63,999 nucleotides of DNA, filler included, from Vicugna vicugna (GCA_013265495.1; 75 parts of 72 records of this genome joined end to end with filler, not necessarily neighbours in it); one strand, 5' to 3'. Positions 12,501 through 24,601 are shown, numbered from the whole stretch's first letter. Translations and numbers: made by a program. The notes: a model not told the origin generated them from the sequence alone.

Positions 12501-14038
12501 CATGCGTTTCTGACTTGTGAGCACGTGGAATACTGACCTTTCATCCACCAAAAAAGGCATGTATAGACTTAGAAATATTTTCCCTGACTTCATAGGTTTT
12601 TCCTTTCACCAGGTTCTAAAATCGGACATTTGGCACCAGAAATAACTCTTTGAGCAAATTCTCACCAATACACATATAATTTAATTGTTTACATAACCAT
12701 TGCCTTCTGTATTATGTACATGATTCATGCATCACATTCCTCAAACATGCATTTCTGAGTTGTGAACATGCGCATGACTGATTTTTCAACCACCAAACAA
12801 GTTAACTTTGCACTCTGAAATATTTACTTTACTTCGTATTTTCTACCTATCACCAGTTTAAAGAATCACACTTTGATCCCACAAAAACACTATTGGAGCG
12901 AATTCTACCCTAGAGATATGTAATTTGAATAGATTCCGTCTACATGATATTCCGTGTTCCTTACATGCGACATACATGACTGATTTGACAAACATGCATT
13001 CCTGAATTGAGAACATGTGGATTACTAATCTTTCATCCTCTATAAAAGGAATATTTTCATCTAGACACGTGTACACATTTTCACAAGCTATCCCTAAAAC
13101 CAGGTTCGAATTCGTGCATTTTTCACAGAAAAATAGTTTTGAAGCGATTTCCACCTAACAGATATGTAATTTACATGTATTCCATCCACATGGCATTCCG
13201 GGTTCCGTACATGCTACATGCATGACGCTTTCGGCAATCATGCATTTCTGACTTGTGAGCATGTGGATTACAGANNNNNNNNNNNNNNNNNNNNNNNNNN
13301 NNNNNNNNNNNNNNNNNNNNNNNNNNNNNNNNNNNNNNNNNNNNNNNNNNNNNNNNNNNNNNNNNNNNNNNNNNNNNNNNNNNNNNNNNNNNNNNNNNNN
13401 NNNNNNNNNNNNNNNNNNNNNNNNNNNNNNNNNNNNNNNNNNNNNNNNNNNNNNNNNNNNNNNNNNNNNNNNNNNNNNNNNNNNNNNNNNNNNNNNNNNN
13501 NNNNNNNNNNNNNNNNNNNNNNNNNNNNNNNNNNNNNNNNNNNNNNNNNNNNNNNNNNNNNNNNNNNNNNNNNNNNNNNNNNNNNNNNNNNNNNNNNNNN
13601 NNNNNNNNNNNNNNNNNNNNNNNNNNNNNNNNNNNNNNNNNNNNNNNNNNNNNNNNNNNNNNNNNNNNNNNNNNNNNNNNNNNNNNNNNNNNNNNNNNNN
13701 NNNNNNNNNNNNNNNNNNNNNNNNNNNNNNNNNNNNNNNNNNNNNNNNNNNNNNNNNNNNNNNNNNNNNNNNNNNNNNNNNNNNNNNNNNNNNNNNNNNN
13801 NNNNNNNNNNNNNNNNNNNNNNNNNNNNNNNNNNNNNNCACGTGTACAGATTTTCACAAGCTTTCCCTATCACCAGGTTCGAATTCGTGCATTTTTCACA
13901 AAAAAAAAGTTCTGGAGCGATTTCCACCTAACAGATATGTAATTTAAATGTATTCCAACAACATGGCATTCCTAGTTCCGTACATGATACATCTATGACC
14001 GATTTGGCAATCATGCGTTTCTGACTTGTGAGCATGTG
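12501..14038 (+). repeat. SatB
   Basis: SatB motifs on both sides of an internal N gap. Confidence 0.93.
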
Positions 14039-14768
14039 NNNNNNNNNNNNNNNNNNNNNNNNNNNNNNNNNNNNNNNNNNNNTTAATTAATTAANNNNNN
14101 NNNNNNNNNNNNNNNNNNNNNNNNNNNNNNNNNNNNNNAAGAATAGACGTGGATATTTATGAGATTTTAGTAATATTATAAAATTGACACTTCAAATCAG
14201 TAGATTCAAGTACTGCAGTAATTAGCTAAATCATTGGAAGACCTGGCACTGTGTCCTCATTTATGACATTAAAATAAATTGCAGATAATTTTTTACTTAA
14301 AAAATAAAACACCAGAAATAACCCAACATGATTTAATCTGTTCAGATTTTCAAGCGAGAAGAACTTTCTTAAAAGCTTTTGGAAAAAAGAACAAAAAGAA
14401 CAAAGGCCTAGCAACTCAGGTAGGCCAGAAACGCCCACTGTAAAACAAAACTAACCCTCGCCCAACCCTCTCTCAAACCCTCTCTCCCGGCCCTGTATTG
14501 CTCTCTGATACTTTCTACACTTTCTTCTTCCCTTTAAAGTCCAGTTTCTTGGAGAAGTACCTGCGCTGAAGACTCCCCCATGTCTCAGAGCCCTGCATCT
14601 CCCACGGCCATCACCGCGGCACAGAGACAGGAGTTGCACTGCCAGTGGCTGCGTGTTTCAAACCAGTGNNNNNNNNNNNNNNNNNNNNNNNNNNNNNNNN
14701 NNNNNNNNNNNNTTAATTAATTAANNNNNNNNNNNNNNNNNNNNNNNNNNNNNNNNNNNNNNNNNNNN

Positions 14769-15647
14769 GAGGCTGCCTCCCCAATGTCAGGGAAGGTATT
14801 TCTCGGAGTTCCCGAAACAGGGAACACCTGTGACTAAAGAGAGCTGCGTGAAGTTGTCTCTCGAGCTCCCGCACGCGCTGACAATGTTTCTGGAATCCTG
14901 AGCGTGGGGAGGTTCCACCAACGGTCGGCAGCGCGTGGGTTCTAACGGAATGCTTTAGCTGGTCTCCCCTGAGGGTTTTCCTAATGTCTCTGTGCCAGGG
15001 AATGCTAGGGGATTTGAAAGATATCCCAGTGACAGAGGCTGCCTCCCCAATGTCAGGGAAGGTATTTCTCGGAGTTCCCGAAACAGGGAACACCTGTGAC
15101 TGACGAGAGCCACGTGGAGTTTCTCTCGAGCTCCCCCAAGCAATGACTATTGTTCCGGAATCCTGAGCGTTGTGAGGTTCCACCAACGGTCGGCAGCGCG
15201 TGGGTTCTAACGGAATGCTTTAGCTGGTCTCCCCTGAGGATTTTCCTAATGTCTCTGTGCCAGGGAATGCTAGGGGGGTTTTCAGGATATCCCAGNNNNN
15301 NNNNNNNNNNNNNNNNNNNNNNNNNNNNNNNNNNNNNNNNNNNNNNNNNNNNNNNNNNNNNNNNNNNNNNNNNNNNNNNNNNNNNNNNNNTCCCCCACGC
15401 GCTGACAATTTTTCCGGAATCCTGAGGGTGGGGAGGTTCCACCAACGGTCGGCAGCGCGTGGGTTCTAACGGAATGCCTTAGCTCGTCTCCCCTTAAGGT
15501 TTTCCTAATGTCTCTGTGCCAGGGAATGCAAGGGGTGTTTGCAGGATATCCCAGTAATAGAGGATGACTCCCCAAGTTCAGGGAAGTTATTTCTCGGACT
15601 TGCCCGATCAAGGAACACCTGTGACTGAAGAGAGCTGCGTGGAGTTG
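14769..15647 (-). repeat. SatA
   Basis: Reverse-orientation 267-bp monomers. Confidence 0.95.
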
Positions 15648-15747
15648 NNNNNNNNNNNNNNNNNNNNNNNNNNNNNNNNNNNNNNNNNNNNTTAATTAAT
15701 TAANNNNNNNNNNNNNNNNNNNNNNNNNNNNNNNNNNNNNNNNNNNN

Positions 15748-16234
15748 GACGCTGCTATCAGTTGGAGGAACTTCCCCACACTCAGTATTCCGCAAAAAAG
15801 CCTTGTGTGGGGGGAAGCTGGGTAGACCAACAGCAGGCAGAAGGCTGGGGGCACACTTGTTTCCAGTTATGTAGATGTCCGCTAATTACCTCCAGAGTCA
15901 ATCAGGGGGCACTCGCAGCTACTTGAATTCCAAGCCCAGCCAACAGCTTTCCCTTGCAGCCCGGCGTAGGAAAATACAAAGGGAAGACACGCTAATGGAT
16001 TCTATTTGAACCCAGGGGCAGCTGTCAGATGGAGGAGCCTGTCAACCCTCAGGATAACAGAGCACGACTTCGTGTGTGTGCTGGAGGTGAGAAAAGAGAG
16101 TACACACATATTTCTGGGGGCACAGTTATTCCCAGGTTGGGGGATGTAAGTTAAACACCTCCACATCCCATGGAGAGGCACACGCTAATACTAGGTTTTA
16201 GAGCCCAACCCCCACTTTCGCTCACAGCCCGGTG
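15748..16234 (+). repeat. SatD
   Basis: The GGAGGA..CTCAG block at 15764 recurs at 16031 (period 267); the two monomers are strongly diverged. Confidence 0.85.
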
Positions 16235-16976
16235 NNNNNNNNNNNNNNNNNNNNNNNNNNNNNNNNNNNNNNNNNNNNTTAATTAATTAANNNNNNNNNN
16301 NNNNNNNNNNNNNNNNNNNNNNNNNNNNNNNNNNAAGGGGAGGAGAGACGGGCCAGAGGGAGGGTGCTTGCTGGGACGCGCAGGGGCTCCCTGTGGCTGG
16401 GGCGGAGGGGGCAGAGAGCACGGGCGAGGTCAGCTGGGACAAGCCCTGTGGGGACAGAACTTTGAGACTCCAAAGGGATAAGGACTTTCATTACACTCCT
16501 CCTACCTGGCTAGCTGGAGCACTTCTTTCTGACTTTCTTTGAGAAATTATTATATAACATTATCAACTTCAAAATAGAATATTACCAACTTAAAAAAAGG
16601 AATAAAAAAATGCTTGTAATTTTATCATCTGACGTGGCCTTTTTTAGTTTCCAGTGTTCTTGCCCAGCCTTTTTTCACATCTACACGTATTTTTGTCTTT
16701 GTTTGTTTTCCTAAGCTTCAGATCACACTTGTTTCACAGGCTGATACAAAGTCTTCTGAATCATCAATCTAATGGTCGCAGTATGTCAAGTCAATGTCCT
16801 ACGTCTTCTTGGACACTTGGGTGACTTCCAATTGGTCCCCGTGACTGGTGATGCACAAACGTTTTTCTAGGCTTGGGTTCTTTGGGATCCCTTCCTCTTT
16901 GTAAATATTTACATAGTGACTTTGTGAGGTATTTCTTGGTAATCCCGACAGGTTCGCAGTTGTGAGACAAAATTAC

Positions 16977-17047
16977 CTGCTGATGGTGGTGGTCACCTTT
17001 TCAGAGTAGATGCCTTCCGGCACTGGTTCATACACCGCCTCCACGAT
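16977..17047 (-). CDS. NEK10: NEK10-like kinase-domain exon, copy 1 (71 bp, IVEAVYEPVPEGIYSEKVTTTISR); functional status unknown
   Basis: Minus strand reads tttggcag|ATC GTG GAG...ATC AGC AG|gtaatt. The peptide matches recalled NEK10 KIVEAVYEPVPEGIYSEKVTDTISRCL. Confidence 0.85.
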
Positions 17048-17362
17048 CTGCCAAACAAACACCGCCTCCACGATCTGCCAAACAGAGGAGAGTGACGGAC
17101 ATAAAGGACCTACGGTGCCTCTAGGGGGTGGTCCTTGGCCACAAAACTAGAGTTACTCAACAAGCATCATAACCTCGTGCACTCATTTTCATCAGAAACA
17201 AAACAGAAAAATTCATTTAAATTGAAAGTTTCTGAGCAAAAAATTGTATTTTTCAAGCTGACNNNNNNNNNNNNNNNNNNNNNNNNNNNNNNNNNNNNNN
17301 NNNNNNTTAATTAATTAANNNNNNNNNNNNNNNNNNNNNNNNNNNNNNNNNNNNNNNNNNNN

Positions 17363-18144
17363 CTGCAATCACCCCTAGCATTCCCTGGCACAGAGACATT
17401 ATCAAAAACCTCAGGGGAATCGAACTTATGAATTCCGTGAGAACCCACGCGCTGCCGACCGTTGGTGGAACCTCCCCACGCTCAGGATTCCGGAACCGTT
17501 GTCATAATGTGGGGGAGCCTGTGAGACATCTCCACGCAGCTCTCTTCAGTCACAGGTATTCCCTGTTCGGGGAAGTCCGAGAAATAACTTCACTGACCTT
17601 GGGGAGGCAGCCTCGGTCTCTGGGATATCCTGCAATCACCCCTAGCTTTCCCTGGCACAGAGACATNNNNNNNNNNNNNNNNNNNNNNNNNNNNNNNNNN
17701 NNNNNNNNNNNNNNNNNNNNNNNNNNNNNNNNNNNNNNNNNNNNNNNNNNNNNNNNNNNNNNNNNNNNNNNNNNNNNNNNNNNNNNNNNNNNNNNNNNNN
17801 NNNNNNNNNNNNNNNNNNNNNNNNNNNNNNNNNNNNNNNNNNNNNNNNNNNNNNNNNNNNNNNNNNNNNNNNNNNNNNNCTTGGGGAGGCAACCTCGGTC
17901 ACTGGGATATCCTGCAATCACCCCTGGCATTCCCTAGCACAGAGATATTAGGAAAGCCCTCAGGGGAGACGAGCTTAGGCATTCCGTTTGAACCCACGCG
18001 CTGCGGACAGTTGGTGGAACCTCCCCACGCTCAGGATTCCGGAACCGTTGTCAGTTCATGGGGTAGTTTGAGAGACATCTCCACGCAACACTCTTCATTC
18101 ATTGATTTCCCTGTTCGGGGAAGTCCGAGAAATAACTTCCCTGA
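17363..18144 (+). repeat. SatA
   Basis: SatA monomer motifs. Confidence 0.95.
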
Positions 18145-18244
18145 NNNNNNNNNNNNNNNNNNNNNNNNNNNNNNNNNNNNNNNNNNNNTTAATTAATTAA
18201 NNNNNNNNNNNNNNNNNNNNNNNNNNNNNNNNNNNNNNNNNNNN

Positions 18245-19049
18245 GAATAATTTCATCTAGACTCGTGTACACATTTACACATGCTTTCCGTAAAACCAGT
18301 TTCAACTCGTGCTTTTTTCACAGTAAAATAGTTCTGGAGCGATTTCAAACTAACAGATGTGTAATTTACATGAATTCCAACAACATGGAATTACGGGTTC
18401 CGTACATGCTACATGTATGACGGATTCGGCAATCATACGTTTCTNNNNNNNNNNNNNNNNNNNNNNNNNNNNNNNNNNNNNNNNNNNNNNNNNNNNNNNN
18501 NNNNNNNNNNNNNNNNNNNNNNNNNNNNNNNNNNNNNNNNNNNNNNNNNNNNNNNNNNNNNNNNNNNNNNNNNNNNNNNNNNNNNNNNNNNNNNNNNNNN
18601 NNNNNNNNNNNNNNNNNNNNNNNNNNNNNNNNNNNNNNNNNNNNNNNNNNNNNNNNNNNNNNNNNNNNNNNNNNNNNNNNNNNNNNNNNNNNNNNNNNNN
18701 NNNNNNNNNNNNNNNNNNNNNNNNNNNNNNNNNNNNNNNNNNNNNNNNNNNNNNNNNNNNNNNNNNNNNNNNNNNNNNNNNNNNNNNNNNNNNNNNNNNN
18801 NNNNNNNNNNNNNNNNNNNNNNNNNNNNNNNNNNNNNNNNNNNNNNNNNNNNNNNNNNNNNNNNNNNNNNNNNNNNNNNNNNNNNNNNNNNNNATCTAAA
18901 TAATATTCCGTGTTCCGTACATGCTACATAAATAACGGATTCGACAAACATGCCTTCCTGAGTTGAGGGCATCTGAATTATTCATCTTTCGTCCTGTACA
19001 AAAAGAATATTTTCATCTAGACACGTGTACAAATTTTAACATGCTTTCC
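18245..19049 (+). repeat. SatB
   Basis: SatB motifs. Confidence 0.92.
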
Positions 19050-19149
19050 NNNNNNNNNNNNNNNNNNNNNNNNNNNNNNNNNNNNNNNNNNNNTTAATTA
19101 ATTAANNNNNNNNNNNNNNNNNNNNNNNNNNNNNNNNNNNNNNNNNNNN

Positions 19150-19501
19150 TAGAATTCCCCATTGAAGCTGTACAGTCCTGGACTTTTATTTGTACGGAGT
19201 TTTTTTATTGTTAATTCAATTTCATTTCTAGTGATTGGTTTGTTCAAGTGGTTAGTTTCTTCTTGATTCAGTCTTGGTGGGCAGTATGTTTCCAGCAACT
19301 TGTCCATCTCCTCTAGGTTATCCATTTAGGTTCCATAGAGTTTTTCATGATATTCTCGTATGATATTCTGTATTTCTATGTTATTTGTTGTAATTTCTCC
19401 ATTTTCCTTTCTTATTTTGCATATTTGAATTTTGCATAGCTCTCACTTTTTCCTTCTTTGTGAGTTTGGCCAGAGGTCTGTTGATTTTATTTACTCTTTC
19501 A
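19150..19501 (-). mobile_element. LINE-1 ORF2 fragment (linker/Z-domain)
   Basis: [58 protein letters not shown]. Confidence 0.93.
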
Positions 19502-19601
19502 NNNNNNNNNNNNNNNNNNNNNNNNNNNNNNNNNNNNNNNNNNNNTTAATTAATTAANNNNNNNNNNNNNNNNNNNNNNNNNNNNNNNNNNNNNNNNNNN
19601 N

Positions 19602-20041
19602 ATGCCATGTTGATGGAATTTATGTAAATTACATATCTGTTTGGTGAAAATCGCTCCAGAAGAATTTTTCAGGGGAAAATGCACGAGTTCGAAACTGGTG
19701 TTAGGAAAAGATTGTGAAAATGGGTACACGTGTCTAGATGAAAATATTGTTTTTATAGAGGATGAAAGATCAGTAATCCACATGCTCTCAACTCAGGAAT
19801 GCATGTTTGTCGAATCCGTCATGCATGTANNNNNNNNNNNNNNNNNNNNNNNNNNNNNNNNNNNNNNNNNNNNNNNNNNNNNNNNNNNNNNNNNGGTAGA
19901 ATTCACTCCAAGAGGGTTTTTCTGGCATCAAATTGTGATTCTTGACACTGGTGAAAGGAAGAAGCAACGAAGTCTAAGTAAATATTTGAAAGTGCGTAGG
20001 TAACATTTTTGGTGGTTGAAATATCTGTCATGCGCATGTTC
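19602..20041 (-). repeat. SatB
   Basis: Reverse SatB motifs. Confidence 0.92.
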
Positions 20042-20141
20042 NNNNNNNNNNNNNNNNNNNNNNNNNNNNNNNNNNNNNNNNNNNNTTAATTAATTAANNN
20101 NNNNNNNNNNNNNNNNNNNNNNNNNNNNNNNNNNNNNNNNN

Positions 20142-20673
20142 TTGGAACACCTCTGCCCCCATTCATCTGCGTGGACTGGGTCTCCAAACCTCCCCCGCAC
20201 ACAAAAGATTCTCTGGAGTCCTGAGTGTTGGGAAGTTCCTCCAAGTGACAGCAGCACCCGGGTTCTATACAATTCCTTAGATTGTATTCCCTGATGGCTT
20301 GTCCTGCCAGGAGTGTGGGGGAAATTAGAGGTTGGGCTCTAAAACGAAGTATTAGCGAGTGCATATCCATGGGATGTGGAGGTGTTTAAGCTACATCCTC
20401 CAACCTAGGCATACACCCATGAAAAATGCGTGGACTCTGTTTCCACACCTCCAGCACACGTGCGAAGAAGTGTTCTGGTTTCCTGAGTGTGGGGAGGCTC
20501 CTCCAACTAAAAGCAGCACCAGGGATCTAATAGAATTCCTTAGCTTGACTTCCTAGAGTGTTCTCCTAGGCCGGTCTTTGAGAGAAGGAGGGGGTTGGGC
20601 TCTAAAGCCAAGTAATAGCCAGTGCCTTTCTATGGTCATTGAAGGTGTTTAAATTACATCATCTACCTGGGAA
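20142..20673 (-). repeat. SatD
   Basis: CCTGAGTGT..GG at 20220 and 20482 (period 262). Confidence 0.87.
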
Positions 20674-20773
20674 NNNNNNNNNNNNNNNNNNNNNNNNNNN
20701 NNNNNNNNNNNNNNNNNTTAATTAATTAANNNNNNNNNNNNNNNNNNNNNNNNNNNNNNNNNNNNNNNNNNNN

Positions 20774-21644
20774 ACGCGCTGCCGACCGTTGGTGGAACCT
20801 CCCCACACTCACTATTTCGGAAATATTGTCAGTGAGTGGTGGAGCTCGAGAGACAACTCCACGCAACTCTCTTCAGTCACAGGTGTTCCCTGTTCGGGGA
20901 AGACCGGGAAATAAGTTCCCTGACCTTGGGGNNNNNNNNNNNNNNNNNNNNNNNNNNNNNNNNNNNNNNNNNNNNNNNNNNNNNNNNNNNNNNNNNNNNN
21001 NNNNNNNNNNNNNNNNNNNNNNNNNNNNNNNNNNNNNNNNNNNNNNNNNNNNNNNNNNNNNNNNNNNNNNNNNNNNNNNNNNNNNNNNNNNNNNNNNNNN
21101 NNNNNNNNNNNNNNNNNNNNNNNNNNNNNNNNNNNNNNNNNNNNNNNNNNNNNNNNNNNNNNGGGAAGTCCGTAAGTTCCCTTACTTTGGGGAGGTAGCC
21201 ACGGTCACTGGGATATCCTGCAATCACCCCAAGCATTCCCTGGCACAGAGATATTAGAAAAAGCCTCAGGGAAGACGAGCTTAGTCATTTCGTTAGAACA
21301 CACGTGCTGTCGACCGTTGGTGGAACCTCCCCACGCTCAGGATTCCGGAACCATTGTCAGTGCGTGGGGGAGCTCGAGAGACATCTCCACGCATCTCTCT
21401 TCAGTCACAGGTGTTCCCTGTTCGGGGAAGTCCGGGAAATAAATTCCCTGACCTTGGGGAGGCAGCCTCGGTCACTGGGATATCCTGCAATCACCCCTAG
21501 CATTCCCTGGCACAGAGACATTAGGAAAACACTCAGGGGAAAATAGCTTAGGCATTCCGTTTGAACCCACGTGCTGCCGACAGTTGGTGGAATCTCCCAA
21601 CGATCAGGATCCCGGAACCATTGTCAGTGCGTGGGGGAGCTCGA
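20774..21644 (+). repeat. SatA
   Basis: 267-bp monomers. Confidence 0.95.
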
Positions 21645-21744
21645 NNNNNNNNNNNNNNNNNNNNNNNNNNNNNNNNNNNNNNNNNNNNTTAATTAATTAA
21701 NNNNNNNNNNNNNNNNNNNNNNNNNNNNNNNNNNNNNNNNNNNN

Positions 21745-22720
21745 CCATTCTGGTCCCCCAGAGAACTTGCTCCACAAAGACAAACAAGCTGCTGGGTCTT
21801 GGCTCAGAGCAGGGACTAGGCTGCCCCTCGGTCTTCCCCGAGCGCACTGGCGGAGCGCCGACCAAGGCGGAGCGCCGAACGGGGCGGAGCGCGCAGCCGC
21901 ACAGAGCAGCGGAGCTACCAGCGGCGCAGGCAGGGGGAGAGCGGCCCCCCCGCCTGTCGGGCAGGAACACAACCCCTGACCGAGGTGCTGGGAAGGGGCA
22001 CNNNNNNNNNNNNNNNNNNNNNNNNNNNNNNNNNNNNNNNNNNNNNNNNNNNNNNNNNNNNNNNNNNNNNNNNNNNNNNNNNNNNNNNNNNNNNNNNNNN
22101 NNNNNNNNNNNNNNNNNNNNNNNNNNNNNNNNNNNNNNNNNNNNNNNNNNNNNNNNNNNNNNNNNNNNNNNNNNNNNNNNNNNNNNNNNNNNNNNNNNNN
22201 NNNNNNNNNNNNNNNNNNNNNNNNNNNNNNNNNNNNNNNNNNNNNNNNNNNNNNNNNNNNNNNNNNNNNNNNNNNNNNNNNNNNNNNNNNNNNNNNNNNN
22301 NNNNNNNNNNNNNNNNNNNNNNNNNNNNNNNNNNNNNNNNNNNNNNNNNNNNNNNNNNNNNNNNNNNNNNNNNNNNNNNNNNNNNNNNNNNNNNNNNNNN
22401 NNNNNNNNNNNNNNNNNNNNNNNNNNNNNNNNNNNNNNNNNNNNNNNNNNNNNNNNNNNNNNNNNNNNNNNNNNNNNNNNNNNNNNNNNNNNNNNNNNNN
22501 NNNNNNNNNNNNNNNNNNNNNNNNNNNNNNNNNNNNNNNAAGGACGTCTCCACCCGATTAAAACTCTGCTTCAACCCACTCTTCTATTATTCATTATACA
22601 CTGTTTTCAAACCCTCTTTCGCCCTTCTTTTAAAAATCTTTCTCTCTCTTCTTTTTTTCTTTTTTTTCTTTTTTCTTTTTTTTTTCATAAGTTCTATTCC
22701 TAAATAGGCATTAGATAGAT
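21745..22720 (+). mobile_element. Probable young LINE-1 5' UTR
   Basis: CpG-dense 21745-22001 with a short internal repeat (GGCGGAGCGCCG), then a T/C-rich tract at 22540-22720. This resembles cetartiodactyl L1 5' UTR architecture; no coding sequence is present to confirm it. Confidence 0.5.
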
Positions 22721-23429
22721 NNNNNNNNNNNNNNNNNNNNNNNNNNNNNNNNNNNNNNNNNNNNTTAATTAATTAANNNNNNNNNNNNNNNNNNNNNNNN
22801 NNNNNNNNNNNNNNNNNNNNAACCCAAAATTTAATCATTTATTTAAAAAGTAGTTATATAAAGCCTACTTATTTTCATAAGTTGCATAAATAAAAGGGCT
22901 ATCAAAATCTACATTATTAAAGATTAAATTATACCAAATAGATCACCAAGGTTGATTGATTTTCATGATATTAATAATTTTTGAAAATATAACTTACATA
23001 TAACATATCCAAGCAGCCCTTCANNNNNNNNNNNNNNNNNNNNNNNNNNNNNNNNNNNNNNNNNNNNNNNNNNNNNNNNNNNNNNNNNNNNNNNNNNNNN
23101 NNNNNNNNNNNNNNNNNNNNNNNNNNNNNNNNNNNNNNNNNNNNNNNNNNNNNNNNNNNNNNNNNNNNNNNNNNNNNNNNNNNNNNNNNNNNNNNNNNNN
23201 NNNNNNNNNNNNNNNNNNNNNNNNNNNNNNNNNNNNNNNNNNNNNNNNNNNNNNNNNNNNNNNNNNNNNNNNNNNNNNNNNNNNNNNNNNNNNNNNNNNN
23301 NNNNNNNNNNNNNNNNNNNNNNNNNNNNNNNNNNNNNNNNNNNNNNNNNNNNNNNNNNNNNNNNNNNNNNNNNNNNNNNNNNNNNTTACTGTTTTAATAC
23401 CAACATAGGTCATTATAATTTCTTTCAAA

Positions 23430-23911
23430 TTCCATTTATGCTAGATGAACGAACGCCTCTCCACATGCTCAATTCTGACAGCTGAGTGTGTGTGAAAGCC
23501 GTCAATCACCTAGCTAGTTGGGAAAACATAGTTTCTTTTCAGTGGGAAAATACACGACATAAATATATATGGGGAGGTACTAGCTCCAATTCGGTTTAAC
23601 AGAGAAAAGTGCATGAACTTGAAACTGACACTAAGAAGCATACTGAGAAATCACATTAAGTGTTTCTATGGCTCCTCAATCCCTTTATGCTACATTAACG
23701 AATGCATCTCCACATGCTCAATTCTGAGAGTTGAATGTGCATGTAATTGGTCAATGACCTATCTTGTTGTGAACACACAGTTTCTTTAGAGTGTGGAACT
23801 AAACTAAATATATATATATATAGCTAGCTAGCTAGTAGCTCCAACACGATTTTACACTGAAAACTACATGAACTTCAAACCAGCACTAGAAAACATACGT
23901 ACAAATTGCAG
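23430..23911 (-). repeat. SatE, ~249-bp monomer distantly related to the SatB subunit
   Basis: CCACATGCTCAATTCTGA at 23461 and 23710 (period 249). The left boundary is approximate. Confidence 0.8.
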
Positions 23912-24011
23912 NNNNNNNNNNNNNNNNNNNNNNNNNNNNNNNNNNNNNNNNNNNNTTAATTAATTAANNNNNNNNNNNNNNNNNNNNNNNNNNNNNNNNN
24001 NNNNNNNNNNN

Positions 24012-24501
24012 AACGGTCGGCAGCGCGTGGTTTCTAACGGAATGCCTTTGCTCGTCCCCGCTGCGGGTTTTCCAAATGTCTCTTTGCCAGGTAATGCTAG
24101 GGGTGATTGCAGGATATCCCAGTGTCAGAGGCTGCCTCCCCAAGGTCAGGGAAGTTATTTCTCGGACTTCCCCGAACAGGGAACCCCTGTGACTGAAGAG
24201 AGCTGCGTGGAGTTGTCTCTCGAGCTCCCCNNNNNNNNNNNNNNNNNNNNNNNNNNNNNNNNNNNNNNNNNNNNTTAATTAATTAANNNNNNNNNNNNNN
24301 NNNNNNNNNNNNNNNNNNNNNNNNNNNNNNGTTCTAACGGAATGCCTAAGCTCGTCTCCCCTGAGGGTTTTCCTAATGTCTCTGGGCCAGGGAATGCTGG
24401 GGGTGATTGCAGGTTATCCCAGTGTCAGAGGCTGCCTCCCCAAGTTCGGGGAAAGATTTTCTCGGACTTCCCCGAACAGGGAACACCAGTGACTGAAGAG
24501 A
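24012..24501 (-). repeat. SatA (contigs 24012-24230 and 24331-24501)
   Basis: Reverse SatA motifs. Confidence 0.95.
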
Positions 24502-24601
24502 NNNNNNNNNNNNNNNNNNNNNNNNNNNNNNNNNNNNNNNNNNNNTTAATTAATTAANNNNNNNNNNNNNNNNNNNNNNNNNNNNNNNNNNNNNNNNNNN
24601 N

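Noticed and set aside
12858..13154. Recurrent 60-130 aa ORFs (MEIA..FFCEK...) resembling a gene family
   Set aside because: They are SatB translations with inconsistent stops and frames between copies.
14139..14668. Unique-looking contigs (also 29475-30302, 46492-46959, 53629-54311, 60787-61261)
   Set aside because: No exon, RNA gene or diagnostic element recognised beyond those listed; left unannotated.
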